In this document: positions 38,333-47,882 of the stretch, one piece after another
Position numbering within the stretch: position 1 is the stretch's first letter
Layout: the number at the start of each line of letters is the position of its first letter
The notes under the pieces: model-generated
Database searches by the model: none
The model's input: the letters and a program-made list of their open reading frames with translations, nothing else
What the model was told of the DNA's origin: nothing
Translations under genes and position numbers: made by a program
From: Vulcanimicrobiota bacterium
GTDB taxonomy: Bacteria; Vulcanimicrobiota; Vulcanimicrobiia; Vulcanimicrobiales; Vulcanimicrobiaceae
Direction: 5' to 3'
Length of the DNA stretch: 64,000 nt
Assembly (NCBI GenBank): GCA_963695225.1
Contig: OY968762.1
Span: 1,120,001-1,184,000 of the forward strand

Positions 38333-39712
38333 ATGACCACCGAACTGGACGACGGCACCGACTCCGCGGCGCTTCGACCGGCGACGGTCGCGATCGTGGG
38401 ACGGCCCAACGTCGGAAAGAGCGCGCTCTTCAACCGGCTCATCGGGCGTCGTCTCGCGATCGTCGACGACGTCCCCGGCGTGACGCGCGATCGCCTCTAC
38501 GCGCTTGCGGAGTGGCGCGGGAGGACGTTTTCTCTCGTCGACACGGCCGGGATCGATCCCAGCGTTCACGACGACGCGTTCGCTTCGCAGACGCGCGCCC
38601 AAGCAGAGCTCGCCGCGAATCAGGCGGACGTGATCGTCTTCGTCGTCGACGCGCAGAACGGGCTCTCCCCGCTCGACGACGACGTCGTTCGCATCCTACG
38701 GCGCACGCAGCGCCCCGTGATCCTCACCGCGAACAAGGCGGAATCGGAGCGCGTGCGTGAATCGATCCCCGGAGAGTTCGCGCGCCTCGGGCTCGGGGAG
38801 CCGATCGCGATCTCGGCGATCCACGGCGAAGGGACGGGCGATCTGCTCGATGCGATCGTCGAGCGCCTCCCCGCCGAGACGACGTCCCTCCCGGAAGGGG
38901 AGCTCGCGCTCGCGCTGATCGGGCAGCCGAACGTCGGGAAGAGCTCGCTGCTCAACTCGTTGCTCGGCGAGGAACGCTCGATCGTCTCCGACGTCCCGGG
39001 GACGACGCGCGACGCGATCGATACGCTCTTCCAATTCCACGAGCACCGCATCCGCCTGATCGATACGGCAGGCGTGCGGCGTAAGGCCGCACCGCATCGC
39101 TCGATCGAGTATTTCTCCTCGCTGCGCTCGCTCAACGCGATCGCGCGCTGCGACATCGCGATCCTCTTGATCGATTCGATGACCGGGATCGTCAATGCCG
39201 ACCGGCGTTTGGCGGGGATCGTCCTCGAAGAGCGCAAGGGTCTCGTGATCGTCGGAAACAAATGGGACCTCGCTCGCGAACTCGGCGAATTCCAGCAGGC
39301 CGACTTGATCGAGGTGATTCGTGAACAGATGCCCTTCGCGCGATTCGCGCCGATCACGTTCCTCTCGGCGAAAACCAAACGGCGCCTCGGGAGCCTGATG
39401 CCGCTCGTGCTGCAAGTCGCCGAAAACCTTGCGCGCCGCGTCCCGACCGCGCAACTGAACTCGGTCATCCGCGATGCGGTGCTGGCGCATCCGCCTCCGT
39501 CCGCCGGCGGGAAACCGGCCCGCATCTACTATTGCTCGCAGGTCGCCGCGCGGCCGCCGCTCTTCGTCTTCCATTGCAACGATCCGGACCTGATCGCGAA
39601 CTCTTACCGGCGCTTCATCGAGAACACGATCCGCACGCACTTCGAATTTGAAGGCGTGCCGCTGACGCTCGAGTTCCGCGAGCGTTCCCGAACGGAGCTC
39701 GGCGCGGAATGA
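38333..39712 (+). CDS. der: Ribosome biogenesis GTPase Der (EngA)
   Basis: Two G domains: GRPNVGKS..GVTRD..DTAG and GQPNVGKS..GTTRD..DTAG..NKWD; KH-like tail. Confidence 0.96.
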   Translation: MTTELDDGTDSAALRPATVAIVGRPNVGKSALFNRLIGRRLAIVDDVPGVTRDRLYALAEWRGRTFSLVDTAGIDPSVHDDAFASQTRAQAELAANQADVIVFVVDAQNGLSPLDDDVVRILRRTQRPVILTANKAESERVRESIPGEFARLGLGEPIAISAIHGEGTGDLLDAIVERLPAETTSLPEGELALALIGQPNVGKSSLLNSLLGEERSIVSDVPGTTRDAIDTLFQFHEHRIRLIDTAGVRRKAAPHRSIEYFSSLRSLNAIARCDIAILLIDSMTGIVNADRRLAGIVLEERKGLVIVGNKWDLARELGEFQQADLIEVIREQMPFARFAPITFLSAKTKRRLGSLMPLVLQVAENLARRVPTAQLNSVIRDAVLAHPPPSAGGKPARIYYCSQVAARPPLFVFHCNDPDLIANSYRRFIENTIRTHFEFEGVPLTLEFRERSRTELGAE

Positions 39713-40353
39713 CGTACTGGCACGGCGAGTTCGTGCTGCCCCTGGCGATCCTCACCCTAGCGTCGTTCGCGCTCGGTTCGATCCCGTTCGGCTTTCTGAT
39801 CGGGCGCGCGTTCTTCCACGTCGACATCCGCAAGTCCGGAAGCGGGAACATCGGGACGGCCAATGCGTTGCGCACGTTCGGGAAGGGCGGCGCGGCGGTC
39901 GTGCTCGTCCTGGACATGCTCAAGGGTTACGTGCCGGCGGCGGTCGGCGCGTGGATCATGAACCGGCCCGACGCCGACCAAATCCTCTTCCCGCTCTGCA
40001 TGGCCGGCGGCGCGATCCTCGGCCACTGCTTCTCGCCATGGCTGCGCTTCCACGGCGGGAAGGGCGTCGCCACGGCCGTCGGCGCCGTCTGCGCGCTCTC
40101 CCCGGTCGCAGGGCTCGGCTGCGCGATCGTCTGGATCGTCACGGCGCTCGTCAGCCGCTATTCATCGGTCGCCTCGCTCGCCTCGATCGCGGCCGCGCCG
40201 TTCCTCATGTGGAGCGAGACGGGCGAAATTGCGACGCTGTTCTACGGCCTCGCGGTCGCGCTGCTGATCCTCTGGACGCACCGTGAGAACCTCGGCAGGC
40301 TGCGCGCGGGGCGAGAGAATCGACTCTCCTTCGGCGGGAGCACGCAGGAATAG
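39709..40353 (+). CDS. plsY: Glycerol-3-phosphate acyltransferase PlsY
   Basis: GSIPFG, GSGNIGTAN, GGKGVATA, HRENL.RL. Confidence 0.95.
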   Translation: MTYWHGEFVLPLAILTLASFALGSIPFGFLIGRAFFHVDIRKSGSGNIGTANALRTFGKGGAAVVLVLDMLKGYVPAAVGAWIMNRPDADQILFPLCMAGGAILGHCFSPWLRFHGGKGVATAVGAVCALSPVAGLGCAIVWIVTALVSRYSSVASLASIAAAPFLMWSETGEIATLFYGLAVALLILWTHRENLGRLRAGRENRLSFGGSTQE

Positions 40354-40373
40354 GGTGAAACCCCCGTCCTGCA

Positions 40374-40934
40374 ATGATCTCCTCTAACGACTTCCGGAAC
40401 GGCGTCACGATCGTCATCGACGGTCAGTTGTGGACCGTCATCGAATTCCTGCATGTGAAACCCGGAAAAGGGTCGGCCTTCGTCCGTACGCGCCTCAAGA
40501 ACGTCAAGACCGGCTCGACCGTCGACCGCACGTTCCGCGCCGGCGAAAAGCTCGAGCGCGCGACCGTCGACAACCGCGACATGCAAATGCTCTACAACGA
40601 CGCCGACGGTTTCCACTTCATGGATACCGAGACGTACGAGAACGTCACGCTGCAACGCGAGCTGATCGGCGGACCCGCCGATTTCCTCAAAGACGGCATG
40701 AAGGTCGCGATGCAATTTCACGAAGGCGTGCCGATCAGTTGCGAGCTTCCCGCGCACGTCGAGCTGTTGGTCTCGGAAACCGACCCCGGTTTCAAAGGCG
40801 ATACGGCGACCGGCTCGACGAAGCCGGCGGTCCTCGAAACCGGCGCGACCGTTCAGGTTCCGCTCTTCGTGAACCCGGGCGACCTCATCAAGATCGACAC
40901 GCGCGACCGCCGCTACATCGGCCGAGTGCAATAA
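40374..40934 (+). CDS. efp: Elongation factor P
   Basis: HVKPGKGSAFVR, PGFKGDTA, KPAVLETG, VPLFV. Confidence 0.97.
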   Translation: MISSNDFRNGVTIVIDGQLWTVIEFLHVKPGKGSAFVRTRLKNVKTGSTVDRTFRAGEKLERATVDNRDMQMLYNDADGFHFMDTETYENVTLQRELIGGPADFLKDGMKVAMQFHEGVPISCELPAHVELLVSETDPGFKGDTATGSTKPAVLETGATVQVPLFVNPGDLIKIDTRDRRYIGRVQ

Positions 40935-41112
40935 CGCGCAAGCTCCCCGTACACGTTCGCGCAAGCCGCCGCACCGCAGACGGGCTGCTACAGGGAGGGG
41001 GTGCCCAGCCGGGAAAGCGGTTCCCTCACGGTGATGTTCTCATGCTTGCGTGGCAGGCGGGCGGAGCCCCGTCCGGCGTCATGCTAGGCGGCTCCGACGC
41101 GCTGACCGGCAC

Positions 41113-41931
41113 GTGATTGCAGCTTGGCTGATCCTCGCCGCGATCGGAGCGCTCGCCGGAATGCTCGGCTCGATGGTCGGGCTCGGCGGCGGGTTCATCG
41201 TCATCCCGGCGATGCGGCTCTTCTACGGGATGGCGCCCGCGACGACGGCGGGGGTTTCCCTCGTGATGGTCGCGGCGAACGCGGCGAGCGGATCGCTCGC
41301 GTTCTGGCGGCAGCGCCGCATCGACGTACGCCTTGCGCTCGTCGTCGCGCTCACCGCTCTGCCGGCAAGCGTGCTCGGAACGATCCTCGTGCATCGCGTG
41401 AGCGGAACGGGCTTCGACGCGCTCTACGCCGTGCTGCTCGTCTACCTAGCGACGACGGTGATGCGCCATCGCAGCGCGCAACCGCCCGCCGAACCCCGGC
41501 TGATCCTCGGCGCGAAATTGCGCACGCTCGTCGACGCGCACGGCGCCGTCTACCGCTACGCGGTCAGCATCCCGGTATTGCTGCTGTGCGGCGTCGTCGT
41601 GGGGCTCCTCTCGAGCTTCTTCGGGATCGGCGGCGGCGTGATCTTCGTCTCGCTGCTCGTGCTCGTCTTCGGGATGCCCGCCCACATCGTCACCGCGACG
41701 TCGACGTTCGTGCTGCTGTTGACGGCGCCCGTCGGCGTCGTCGCGCACGACGTCGCCGGCGACATCGACTGGTCATTCGCGATCCCTCTCGCCGTCGGCG
41801 GCTTGGCCGGCGGTCAACTGGGCGCGATCATCGCGCGGCGCCTGAGCTCGAAGCAACTGATGACGGTGCTCGCATGCTCGCTGATGCTCGCCGTCATCGG
41901 TCTCGGCCTCCGCCACCTACCCGGCCGGTAG
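41113..41931 (+). CDS. TauE/SafE (TSUP) family exporter
   Basis: GLGGGFIVIP and FGIGGGVIFV repeats, ATS motif, about 8 TM helices. Confidence 0.9.
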   Translation: MIAAWLILAAIGALAGMLGSMVGLGGGFIVIPAMRLFYGMAPATTAGVSLVMVAANAASGSLAFWRQRRIDVRLALVVALTALPASVLGTILVHRVSGTGFDALYAVLLVYLATTVMRHRSAQPPAEPRLILGAKLRTLVDAHGAVYRYAVSIPVLLLCGVVVGLLSSFFGIGGGVIFVSLLVLVFGMPAHIVTATSTFVLLLTAPVGVVAHDVAGDIDWSFAIPLAVGGLAGGQLGAIIARRLSSKQLMTVLACSLMLAVIGLGLRHLPGR

Positions 41932-41935
41932 CGCG

Positions 41936-41956
41936 CTTCAACAAGCTCAGCGTGAC
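41936..41956. repeat. Single copy of the REP-like repeat
   Basis: CTTCAACAAGCTCAGCGTGAC between convergent tauE-like and sprT-like genes. Confidence 0.65.
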
Positions 41957-42498
41957 GACGAGTTTGGACGCGTACGCTGCGCGGCTTGCGCGGGAGGTTC
42001 GCGTTCTTCCATTGCGACGATCTCGAACGTGCGCAACGGGAAGCGCGGATCGAAACGGCGGCGGCTGCAACGCGGGCAGGATGCGGGAGCGGGCGGACGC
42101 CGCTTGCGCAGGAGTTCGAGCGTGCAGCGGTCGCAGCGCAGGATGAAGCGCTTGCTGCTCTCTCTGCGCGGCAACGCGGTCCCGAGATCGTGATAGACGG
42201 AGCGCAGGCCCAGCTCGCGCATCTTCTTCTTGAATGCGGGCGTATGCCCGGGGTTCATTCCGCGCGCGAAAAGCCACGCGTGGATCATCTCGTGGAGCAG
42301 CGTCTCGCGCAGGGCCGCGGGATTGCGCTCGAAGTGCTTCGGCGAGAGCTCGATCAGTGCGGGCTTGTAGGTGATCCGCCCGGCGAGATTCGAGAAGCGC
42401 GCGTTATAGGCGATCCGGTAGGCAGGGATCTCGCCGCCGAAATGCTCGCTGTTGAACTGAGCGAAGAGGAGTTGCAGGTCCGCGATATCAGGGAGCAC
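41947..42498 (-). CDS. SprT-like zinc metalloprotease
   Basis: TLLHEMIH..H, C-terminal CDRC..CPRC zinc ribbon; GTG start at 42498. Confidence 0.88.
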   Translation of the reverse strand: MLPDIADLQLLFAQFNSEHFGGEIPAYRIAYNARFSNLAGRITYKPALIELSPKHFERNPAALRETLLHEMIHAWLFARGMNPGHTPAFKKKMRELGLRSVYHDLGTALPRRESSKRFILRCDRCTLELLRKRRPPAPASCPRCSRRRFDPRFPLRTFEIVAMEEREPPAQAAQRTRPNSSSR

Positions 42499-42539
42499 CG
42501 TCCAAAGATTTGTATCTCCCGCGCCGAAACCCGCTCGAC

Positions 42540-43394
42540 GTGAGCAAGACACCCTCGCCCGAGCGCGGGCTTCCGCCGAAAGTCTACGTGCCGATCCTCG
42601 TGCTCGGAGGAATCCTCTTCTTCGGGCTCCTCGCGTATTTCATCAAGGTCTCGCTCTCGACGAACGGCTCCGCGCTCGGGCGCGGACCGGCCGAGCAAGG
42701 CGACGCACGGATCCAGGCGACGGCGGCGCCGAACAGCCTGCCCACGGCGGCCACGGCCGAAGACACACCCCTCCCGGAGACGATCCCGCAGAGCGGCGGC
42801 ATCCCGCAGACGGGCGGCCTCCCGCCCGGCGCCCCCCTTCCACCGCTGGCCTCGCAGGCCGACGGCGGCCAACAGGGCTCGCCCGCCGGCGGCGGGCAGC
42901 AGGCGGCGCCGGCCGACGGCGGACAGCAAGCGGATTCCGCGGGCGCGAGCGGCCCGGCCCAGGGCGGCGGCCCGCCCGCTCCGGTCATGAAGCTACTCGC
43001 CTCGCTCAAAGACCGGCTGGCGCAAGACCCGAACGACCTGCAAGCGCTCGTCGGCCTCGCGACGCTCTACTTCGATTCCGGGAAGTTCGAGCAAGCAGTC
43101 CCGTACTATCGTCGCGCGCTCGCGATCGATCCCGATAACCAGGATACGCGGACCGATTACGCGACCGCGCTGCACGCGACCGGGCACGATCTCGAATCGC
43201 TCGCCGAACTCCAGCGCGTCCTCGCGAAGAAGCCGAATTTTCCGCCCGCGCTCTTCAACGAAGGCGTCGTAGCGAGCACGATCGGGCGCCGCTCGCAAGC
43301 GATCGACGCATTCCGCCGCTTCATCGCCGTCTCGCCCAAAGATCCGAAGGCCGAAGAGGCCCGCACGGCGCTCAAGAATCTCGGCGCCGGATGA
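42540..43394 (+). CDS. Membrane-anchored TPR protein with Pro/Gly/Gln linker
   Basis: N-terminal TM helix, low-complexity linker, TPR (LAQDPNDLQALVGLA..AVPYYRRALAIDP). Confidence 0.85.
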   Translation: MSKTPSPERGLPPKVYVPILVLGGILFFGLLAYFIKVSLSTNGSALGRGPAEQGDARIQATAAPNSLPTAATAEDTPLPETIPQSGGIPQTGGLPPGAPLPPLASQADGGQQGSPAGGGQQAAPADGGQQADSAGASGPAQGGGPPAPVMKLLASLKDRLAQDPNDLQALVGLATLYFDSGKFEQAVPYYRRALAIDPDNQDTRTDYATALHATGHDLESLAELQRVLAKKPNFPPALFNEGVVASTIGRRSQAIDAFRRFIAVSPKDPKAEEARTALKNLGAG

Positions 43395-44224
43395 ACGTCT
43401 ACATCTCCTGCGACATGGAGGGGACGGCCGCCGTCTGCACGTGGGCCCAAGTCGATCCGGCCAACACGTCGGAGTACCCGTATTATCGCCGCCTCATGTC
43501 GCGCGAGGTGCGCGCCGCAATCGACGGCGCCCGCGAAGCCGGCGCACGCGACATCCTCGTCAACGATTCGCACTGGGCGATGCGCAACGTTCTGTGGGAC
43601 GAACTCCCCGCCGACGTGCGCATGATCTACGGCGGGCGCAAGCCGTTCGCGATGGGGCAAGGCGCGAACGGGAACTTCAAGGCGGCGTTCTTCACCGGCT
43701 ACCACGCGCCGGGCGGAACGAAGGACGGCGTCCTCGATCACACCTACACGGGCGAAACGCTCTACGCGGTCCGCGTCAACGGCACACTTTGCAGCGAGGC
43801 GCTGCTGAACGCGGCGCTCTTGGGGCTGCACGGCGTCCCCGTCACCTTGATCACCGGGGATCGCGCGACGGTCGAACACGTCAGGCACCATCTTCCCTGG
43901 GTCACGGGCGTGATCGTCAAGGACGGCATCGGGCGTTACTCGACGAACTCGCTCTCGCCGGAAGCCGCCCGCGAGCGCATTCGCGCAGGCGCGCGCACGG
44001 CGATCGAGGGGGTCGCCGAAGCGAAGCCGTTCACGTTCGAGCCGCCGATCGCCCTCGAGCTCGATTTCGTCGCGACCCACAACGCCGATCTCGTCGAGTT
44101 GATCCCCGGCTTCGAACGGACCGGCGCGCGCAGCGTCCGCTTCGTCCACGACGATTACGCGACGATCTTCCGGGCTTTCCACGCGGCCTTCCGCCTCGGC
44201 GCCGCGGCCAACAACGAACCTTGA
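43391..44224 (+). CDS. M55 family D-aminopeptidase (DppA-like)
   Basis: YISCDMEG, VNDSH, GYH..LDHT. Confidence 0.9.
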   Translation: MNVYISCDMEGTAAVCTWAQVDPANTSEYPYYRRLMSREVRAAIDGAREAGARDILVNDSHWAMRNVLWDELPADVRMIYGGRKPFAMGQGANGNFKAAFFTGYHAPGGTKDGVLDHTYTGETLYAVRVNGTLCSEALLNAALLGLHGVPVTLITGDRATVEHVRHHLPWVTGVIVKDGIGRYSTNSLSPEAARERIRAGARTAIEGVAEAKPFTFEPPIALELDFVATHNADLVELIPGFERTGARSVRFVHDDYATIFRAFHAAFRLGAAANNEP

Positions 44225-44237
44225 CGGAGACCGGCTC

Positions 44238-45029
44238 TTGATCGTAGCCTTTCAGGGCGAACACGGCGCATTCAGCGACGACGTCGCCAACCAGTTTCTC
44301 CCCGGCGCCGAGACGGTCGGGTTCGACACGTTCGACGCGGTCGCCGCGGCCGTCGCGGAGGGGAAGACGGACCTCGCCGTCTTGCCGGTCGAAAACTCGA
44401 TCTCGGGTTCGATCCCGCGCGTCTACGATCTGCTCTGGCTGAACCCGGACCTCGTCGTCATCGACGAAATCGTCTATCGCGTCATCCAGAATCTGATCGC
44501 TGTCCCGGGGACGACGCTCGAGGATATCGCCGAAGTGCGCTCTCATCCGGTCGCGCTCGAGCAATGCCGCGGGTTCCTCAGCCGTCATCCGAATTGGCAT
44601 TCGGTGATCGTCGCCGACACGGCGGGCGCGGTGCGCGCGATGATGGCGGCCCGCAACCCCGCGAGCGCCTCGATCGGCTCCGCGATCGCCGCGCGACGGT
44701 ACGGCGCGGAGATCCTGGCCGAGGGCATCCAGGACATCAGCAACAACTTCACGCGCTTCTTCCTCGTCTCGCGCGGCGGAACGGCGCGGCGCAACCTCGG
44801 CCGCGCGTGCATCACGCTGACGCTCGCGAACCGGCCGGGCTCGCTGCACGATGCGCTCAGGGCGTTCGCGGACGCGAATCTCAACCTGCGCTCGCTCGTC
44901 TCGCGGCCCACGAACGACGATCCGTTCACGTACCGCTTCTATTGCGAAGTCGAGAACGTAACGGGCGAGACGCTCGGCGCCGCACTTGCCCGTATCGACG
45001 GCACTTCCCGGATCCTGGGGATGTACTAG
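44238..45029 (+). CDS. pheA: Prephenate dehydratase (PDT + ACT)
   Basis: AFQGEHGAFS, PVENSISG, SHPVALEQC, NFTRFF, NRPGSL..SRP. Confidence 0.9.
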   Translation: MIVAFQGEHGAFSDDVANQFLPGAETVGFDTFDAVAAAVAEGKTDLAVLPVENSISGSIPRVYDLLWLNPDLVVIDEIVYRVIQNLIAVPGTTLEDIAEVRSHPVALEQCRGFLSRHPNWHSVIVADTAGAVRAMMAARNPASASIGSAIAARRYGAEILAEGIQDISNNFTRFFLVSRGGTARRNLGRACITLTLANRPGSLHDALRAFADANLNLRSLVSRPTNDDPFTYRFYCEVENVTGETLGAALARIDGTSRILGMY

Positions 45030-45055
45030 TCGGGCTGAGCCTTATCGCTTGGCCC

Positions 45056-45101
45056 GCGTCTCGGGCGGGGCAGCGTTCCCCCGCGGGGACGCCCGAGACG
45101 C
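45056..45101. repeat. Hairpin related to the arm of the 54378-54528 element
   Basis: 45065-45095 matches the reverse complement of 54489-54519 at 27 of 31 nt; flanked by GCGTCTCGGGCG/CGCCCGAGACGC. Confidence 0.6.
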
Positions 45102-45428
45102 TACCTACGTAAAGTGCTCAGCCTGCGGGCTCACGATCGCGATCGTCGAGTGGCACGCGCTCATCGCGTTCGCCCGAACCAGTCGATCCAGGGATGCCAC
45201 AGCAACGCCGCCCAGACGACGGCCATCACCCATAGCAAGGCCCAGAGCGCATACCCCGCGGCCGCGCCGCGTGCGCGCGAAGTGTGCGGCTTCGGTTCCG
45301 CGGCGCCGTTTGTGCTCTCGACAAGCAAGCTCTTGTCCTCCCTGTTGCTTCCGACGCCGCCTAGCGGCCGCACGTCCCGCCGCGCTTCGACTGGGGGCGG
45401 CGGGGCGGCTCTCGCGAAGGAGCGACTC

Positions 45429-46379
45429 GTGCAAGATCCGAGAACGGCCCCTCCCCCCGGTCACGCCGAGCCCGGCGCGACCCCGGAACCAGTCGAAGCC
45501 GGCGAGGGCGCGCCGGGCGGCGAGTACATTCCGCCGGGCGCCGAGCATCATCCGGCGTACGAGGGGACCTACATCCCGCCGGAGACTCCGAAGAACTCCG
45601 CTTGGAAGACGGCGGGAGCCGGCGCCGTCGGGATCGGGCTCGTCCTCGCGAAATTCAAAGGCCTGCTGCTCGTGCTGCTCAACCTCAAGTGGTTCGCGCT
45701 CGGAGCGAAGGTCTTCTTATCCTCGCTGGGTTTTCTCGTCTCGATCTGGCTCTACACGCAATTCTGGGGGCTGAAGTTCGCGATCGTTTTCGTGATGTTG
45801 ATATTCATCCACGAGATGGGGCACGCGATCTCGATGCGCGCATTCGGCGTCCCGGCTTCGATGCCGTACTTCATCCCCGGTTTCGGCGCGCTGATCCAGA
45901 TGAAAGGCCGCCCGGCCTCCGTGCTCGAGGAAGCGTACATCGCGCTCGCGGGGCCGCTGCTGGGAACGGTCGGCGCGCTGTTGTGCCTCGGCTACGGGAT
46001 CGCGACGCAGAGCGAGTTCTGGGTCGCGGCGTCCTATACGGGCTTCTTCCTGAACCTGTTCAACATGTTTCCGGTCTACCCGCTCGACGGCGGGCGCGTC
46101 GTCGGCGCGATTTCCCCGCGCTTGTGGGTCGCCGGGCTCGTCGGCCTCGTCGCGCTCGCGATCGCCTTGCACTGGTGGAACCCGCTGCTCTTCATCCTCA
46201 TCGTCATGAGCATCCCGCAGGTCGTGGCGGCTTGGCGCGGTCAGGTCGATCCCGCGTATTTCAAGCTGACCGCGCCGCAGCGCTTCGGCGTTGCTGTGGC
46301 CTACACGGCGCTGATCGGCTTCTTGATCGTCGCGATGATCCTGACGCACGTCCCGGTGCCGACGGCCGTGCCGGCGTAA
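45429..46379 (+). CDS. Site-2 protease (M50) family
   Basis: HEMGH, IALAGP, NMFPVYPLDGG; GAAGGAG RBS before GTG 45429. Confidence 0.9.
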   Translation: MQDPRTAPPPGHAEPGATPEPVEAGEGAPGGEYIPPGAEHHPAYEGTYIPPETPKNSAWKTAGAGAVGIGLVLAKFKGLLLVLLNLKWFALGAKVFLSSLGFLVSIWLYTQFWGLKFAIVFVMLIFIHEMGHAISMRAFGVPASMPYFIPGFGALIQMKGRPASVLEEAYIALAGPLLGTVGALLCLGYGIATQSEFWVAASYTGFFLNLFNMFPVYPLDGGRVVGAISPRLWVAGLVGLVALAIALHWWNPLLFILIVMSIPQVVAAWRGQVDPAYFKLTAPQRFGVAVAYTALIGFLIVAMILTHVPVPTAVPA

Positions 46380-46380
46380 C

Positions 46381-47862
46381 GTGCGGCGCGCGCTCCTCGT
46401 GGGTTGCGCCGCGATCGTCGTCGCGGGCGCGTTCTTCTTCGCCCGCCCGCCCGCGGCCGGCGGCCCGGCGCTGCGCGATTTCGAATCGTATTATGCGGCG
46501 GGTTCCGTGTGGCACGGCGGCGGGGACCCGTATGGCCGCGAGATCTGGCGCGCCGAACGCCCGATCCCCGGCGTCGCCGCGACGCGCGAAGAACTGCTGC
46601 CGTTCGTCGGCCCCGCGTTCGCGCTCCCCCTGTGGGCCACGCTCGCGAAACTGCCGTACGCCTGGGCGACCGCCGCATGGAGCGTGGTCCTCGGGCTCGC
46701 GTTGCTGACGATCGCGCTCGGGAGTTTGCGGCTGGCGCGCGGCTCGCCGGACCGGCTCGACGCACTCGCGATCCTGCTCTTTTGCGCGGGATTCGGGCCG
46801 CTCACGAGCGGCATCGGGCTCGGGCAAGTCGCGGTCGTCTCGTGCGCGGCGATCGTCGCGTTCGTCTTCGCGCTCGATGCGCGCTCGAAATTCGGCGGCG
46901 TCGCCGGAGGCATCGCGGCCGCGCTCGCCGCGGCGCTGCAACCGAACCTCGGCCTCGTCCTCGCGGCGCGCCTGCGCGAACGGCGCTCGTGGATCGTCCT
47001 GACCGCGGCGGCGGGGATCGTGCTCGCCGGCTCGCTCGCCGCGCTCGGCGGCCTGCAAGGGCTGCTGCGTTACTTCGCGTTGCTGCGCGAACACGGCGAG
47101 GCGGAACGCTTCATCGCCATTCAAACGACGGTCGCCGCGGTCGCACACGCGCTAGGTCTCTCAGAAGGGAGCGCGCAAGCGCTGGCCGCGTGCGTCGCGC
47201 TCGGCGCGCTCGGCGTCTCGATCGCGTTCTTTCGCGCGCAGCGTTACGACGCGGCGGCGAAGGTCGCGATCGCGTGCGCGCTCGCGCCGCTCGTCCTCCC
47301 CTTCTCCCACGAACACGATTTCACGATCGCGTTCTTCCCCGCGCTCCTCGTCTTGCGGCGCGCTAACGGCCCCCTACGCCGGCTTGCTGCGGTCGGGTTC
47401 ATGCTGCTCGCCGTCGATTGGCTCGGCCTCGCGCAGCGCCCCGAATCCCTCCGGTACGCGACGCTGCTCACGCTCGGCGCGAGTCTCGCGCTCGTCGCGC
47501 TGAGCGCGAAGCGCCCGGCCCTCGCCGACGCGTGGCCGCTCGTCTTTGCACCGCTGGCCTTCATCACCGGACGCATCGCCTCGCTGGATCCGTTGCCGGT
47601 CTGGCCGAACGCGCTCGGCCCTGCGTTCGCGCCCGCGCCGGGCCTCGGCGCGACGCAGGTGTGGGAGTTGGAGCAATTCCTGTGCGGAATCAGCGCTCAA
47701 GATTGGACGTGGGGCGCGCTCCGCGCCCTCTCGCTCCTCGGCGCGACGCTCGTGTGGGGAGTTGCGCTCGTAGCGCTCGCGCGCTCGCCGGTCCGCGTCA
47801 TCCGCGAGGGGTTCGCCCCGCTCGGCGCCCCCGTACCTGACCGGCACTCGCGGTTCTCGTAA
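46381..47862 (+). CDS. GT87/DUF2029-like polytopic glycosyltransferase
   Basis: RDFESYYAAG..GGDPY, PF.GP, GQ, QPNLG, HEHD; many TM helices. Confidence 0.7.
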   Translation: MRRALLVGCAAIVVAGAFFFARPPAAGGPALRDFESYYAAGSVWHGGGDPYGREIWRAERPIPGVAATREELLPFVGPAFALPLWATLAKLPYAWATAAWSVVLGLALLTIALGSLRLARGSPDRLDALAILLFCAGFGPLTSGIGLGQVAVVSCAAIVAFVFALDARSKFGGVAGGIAAALAAALQPNLGLVLAARLRERRSWIVLTAAAGIVLAGSLAALGGLQGLLRYFALLREHGEAERFIAIQTTVAAVAHALGLSEGSAQALAACVALGALGVSIAFFRAQRYDAAAKVAIACALAPLVLPFSHEHDFTIAFFPALLVLRRANGPLRRLAAVGFMLLAVDWLGLAQRPESLRYATLLTLGASLALVALSAKRPALADAWPLVFAPLAFITGRIASLDPLPVWPNALGPAFAPAPGLGATQVWELEQFLCGISAQDWTWGALRALSLLGATLVWGVALVALARSPVRVIREGFAPLGAPVPDRHSRFS

Positions 47863-47882
47863 CCGCGAGTACCGACATGCAC

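Noticed and set aside
40935..41112. Small ORF or RNA between efp and the tauE-like gene
   Set aside because: No RBS-supported ORF and no recognisable RNA motif.
42856..42935. Threefold GGQQ-type repeat in the TPR protein
   Set aside because: Ordinary low-complexity linker.
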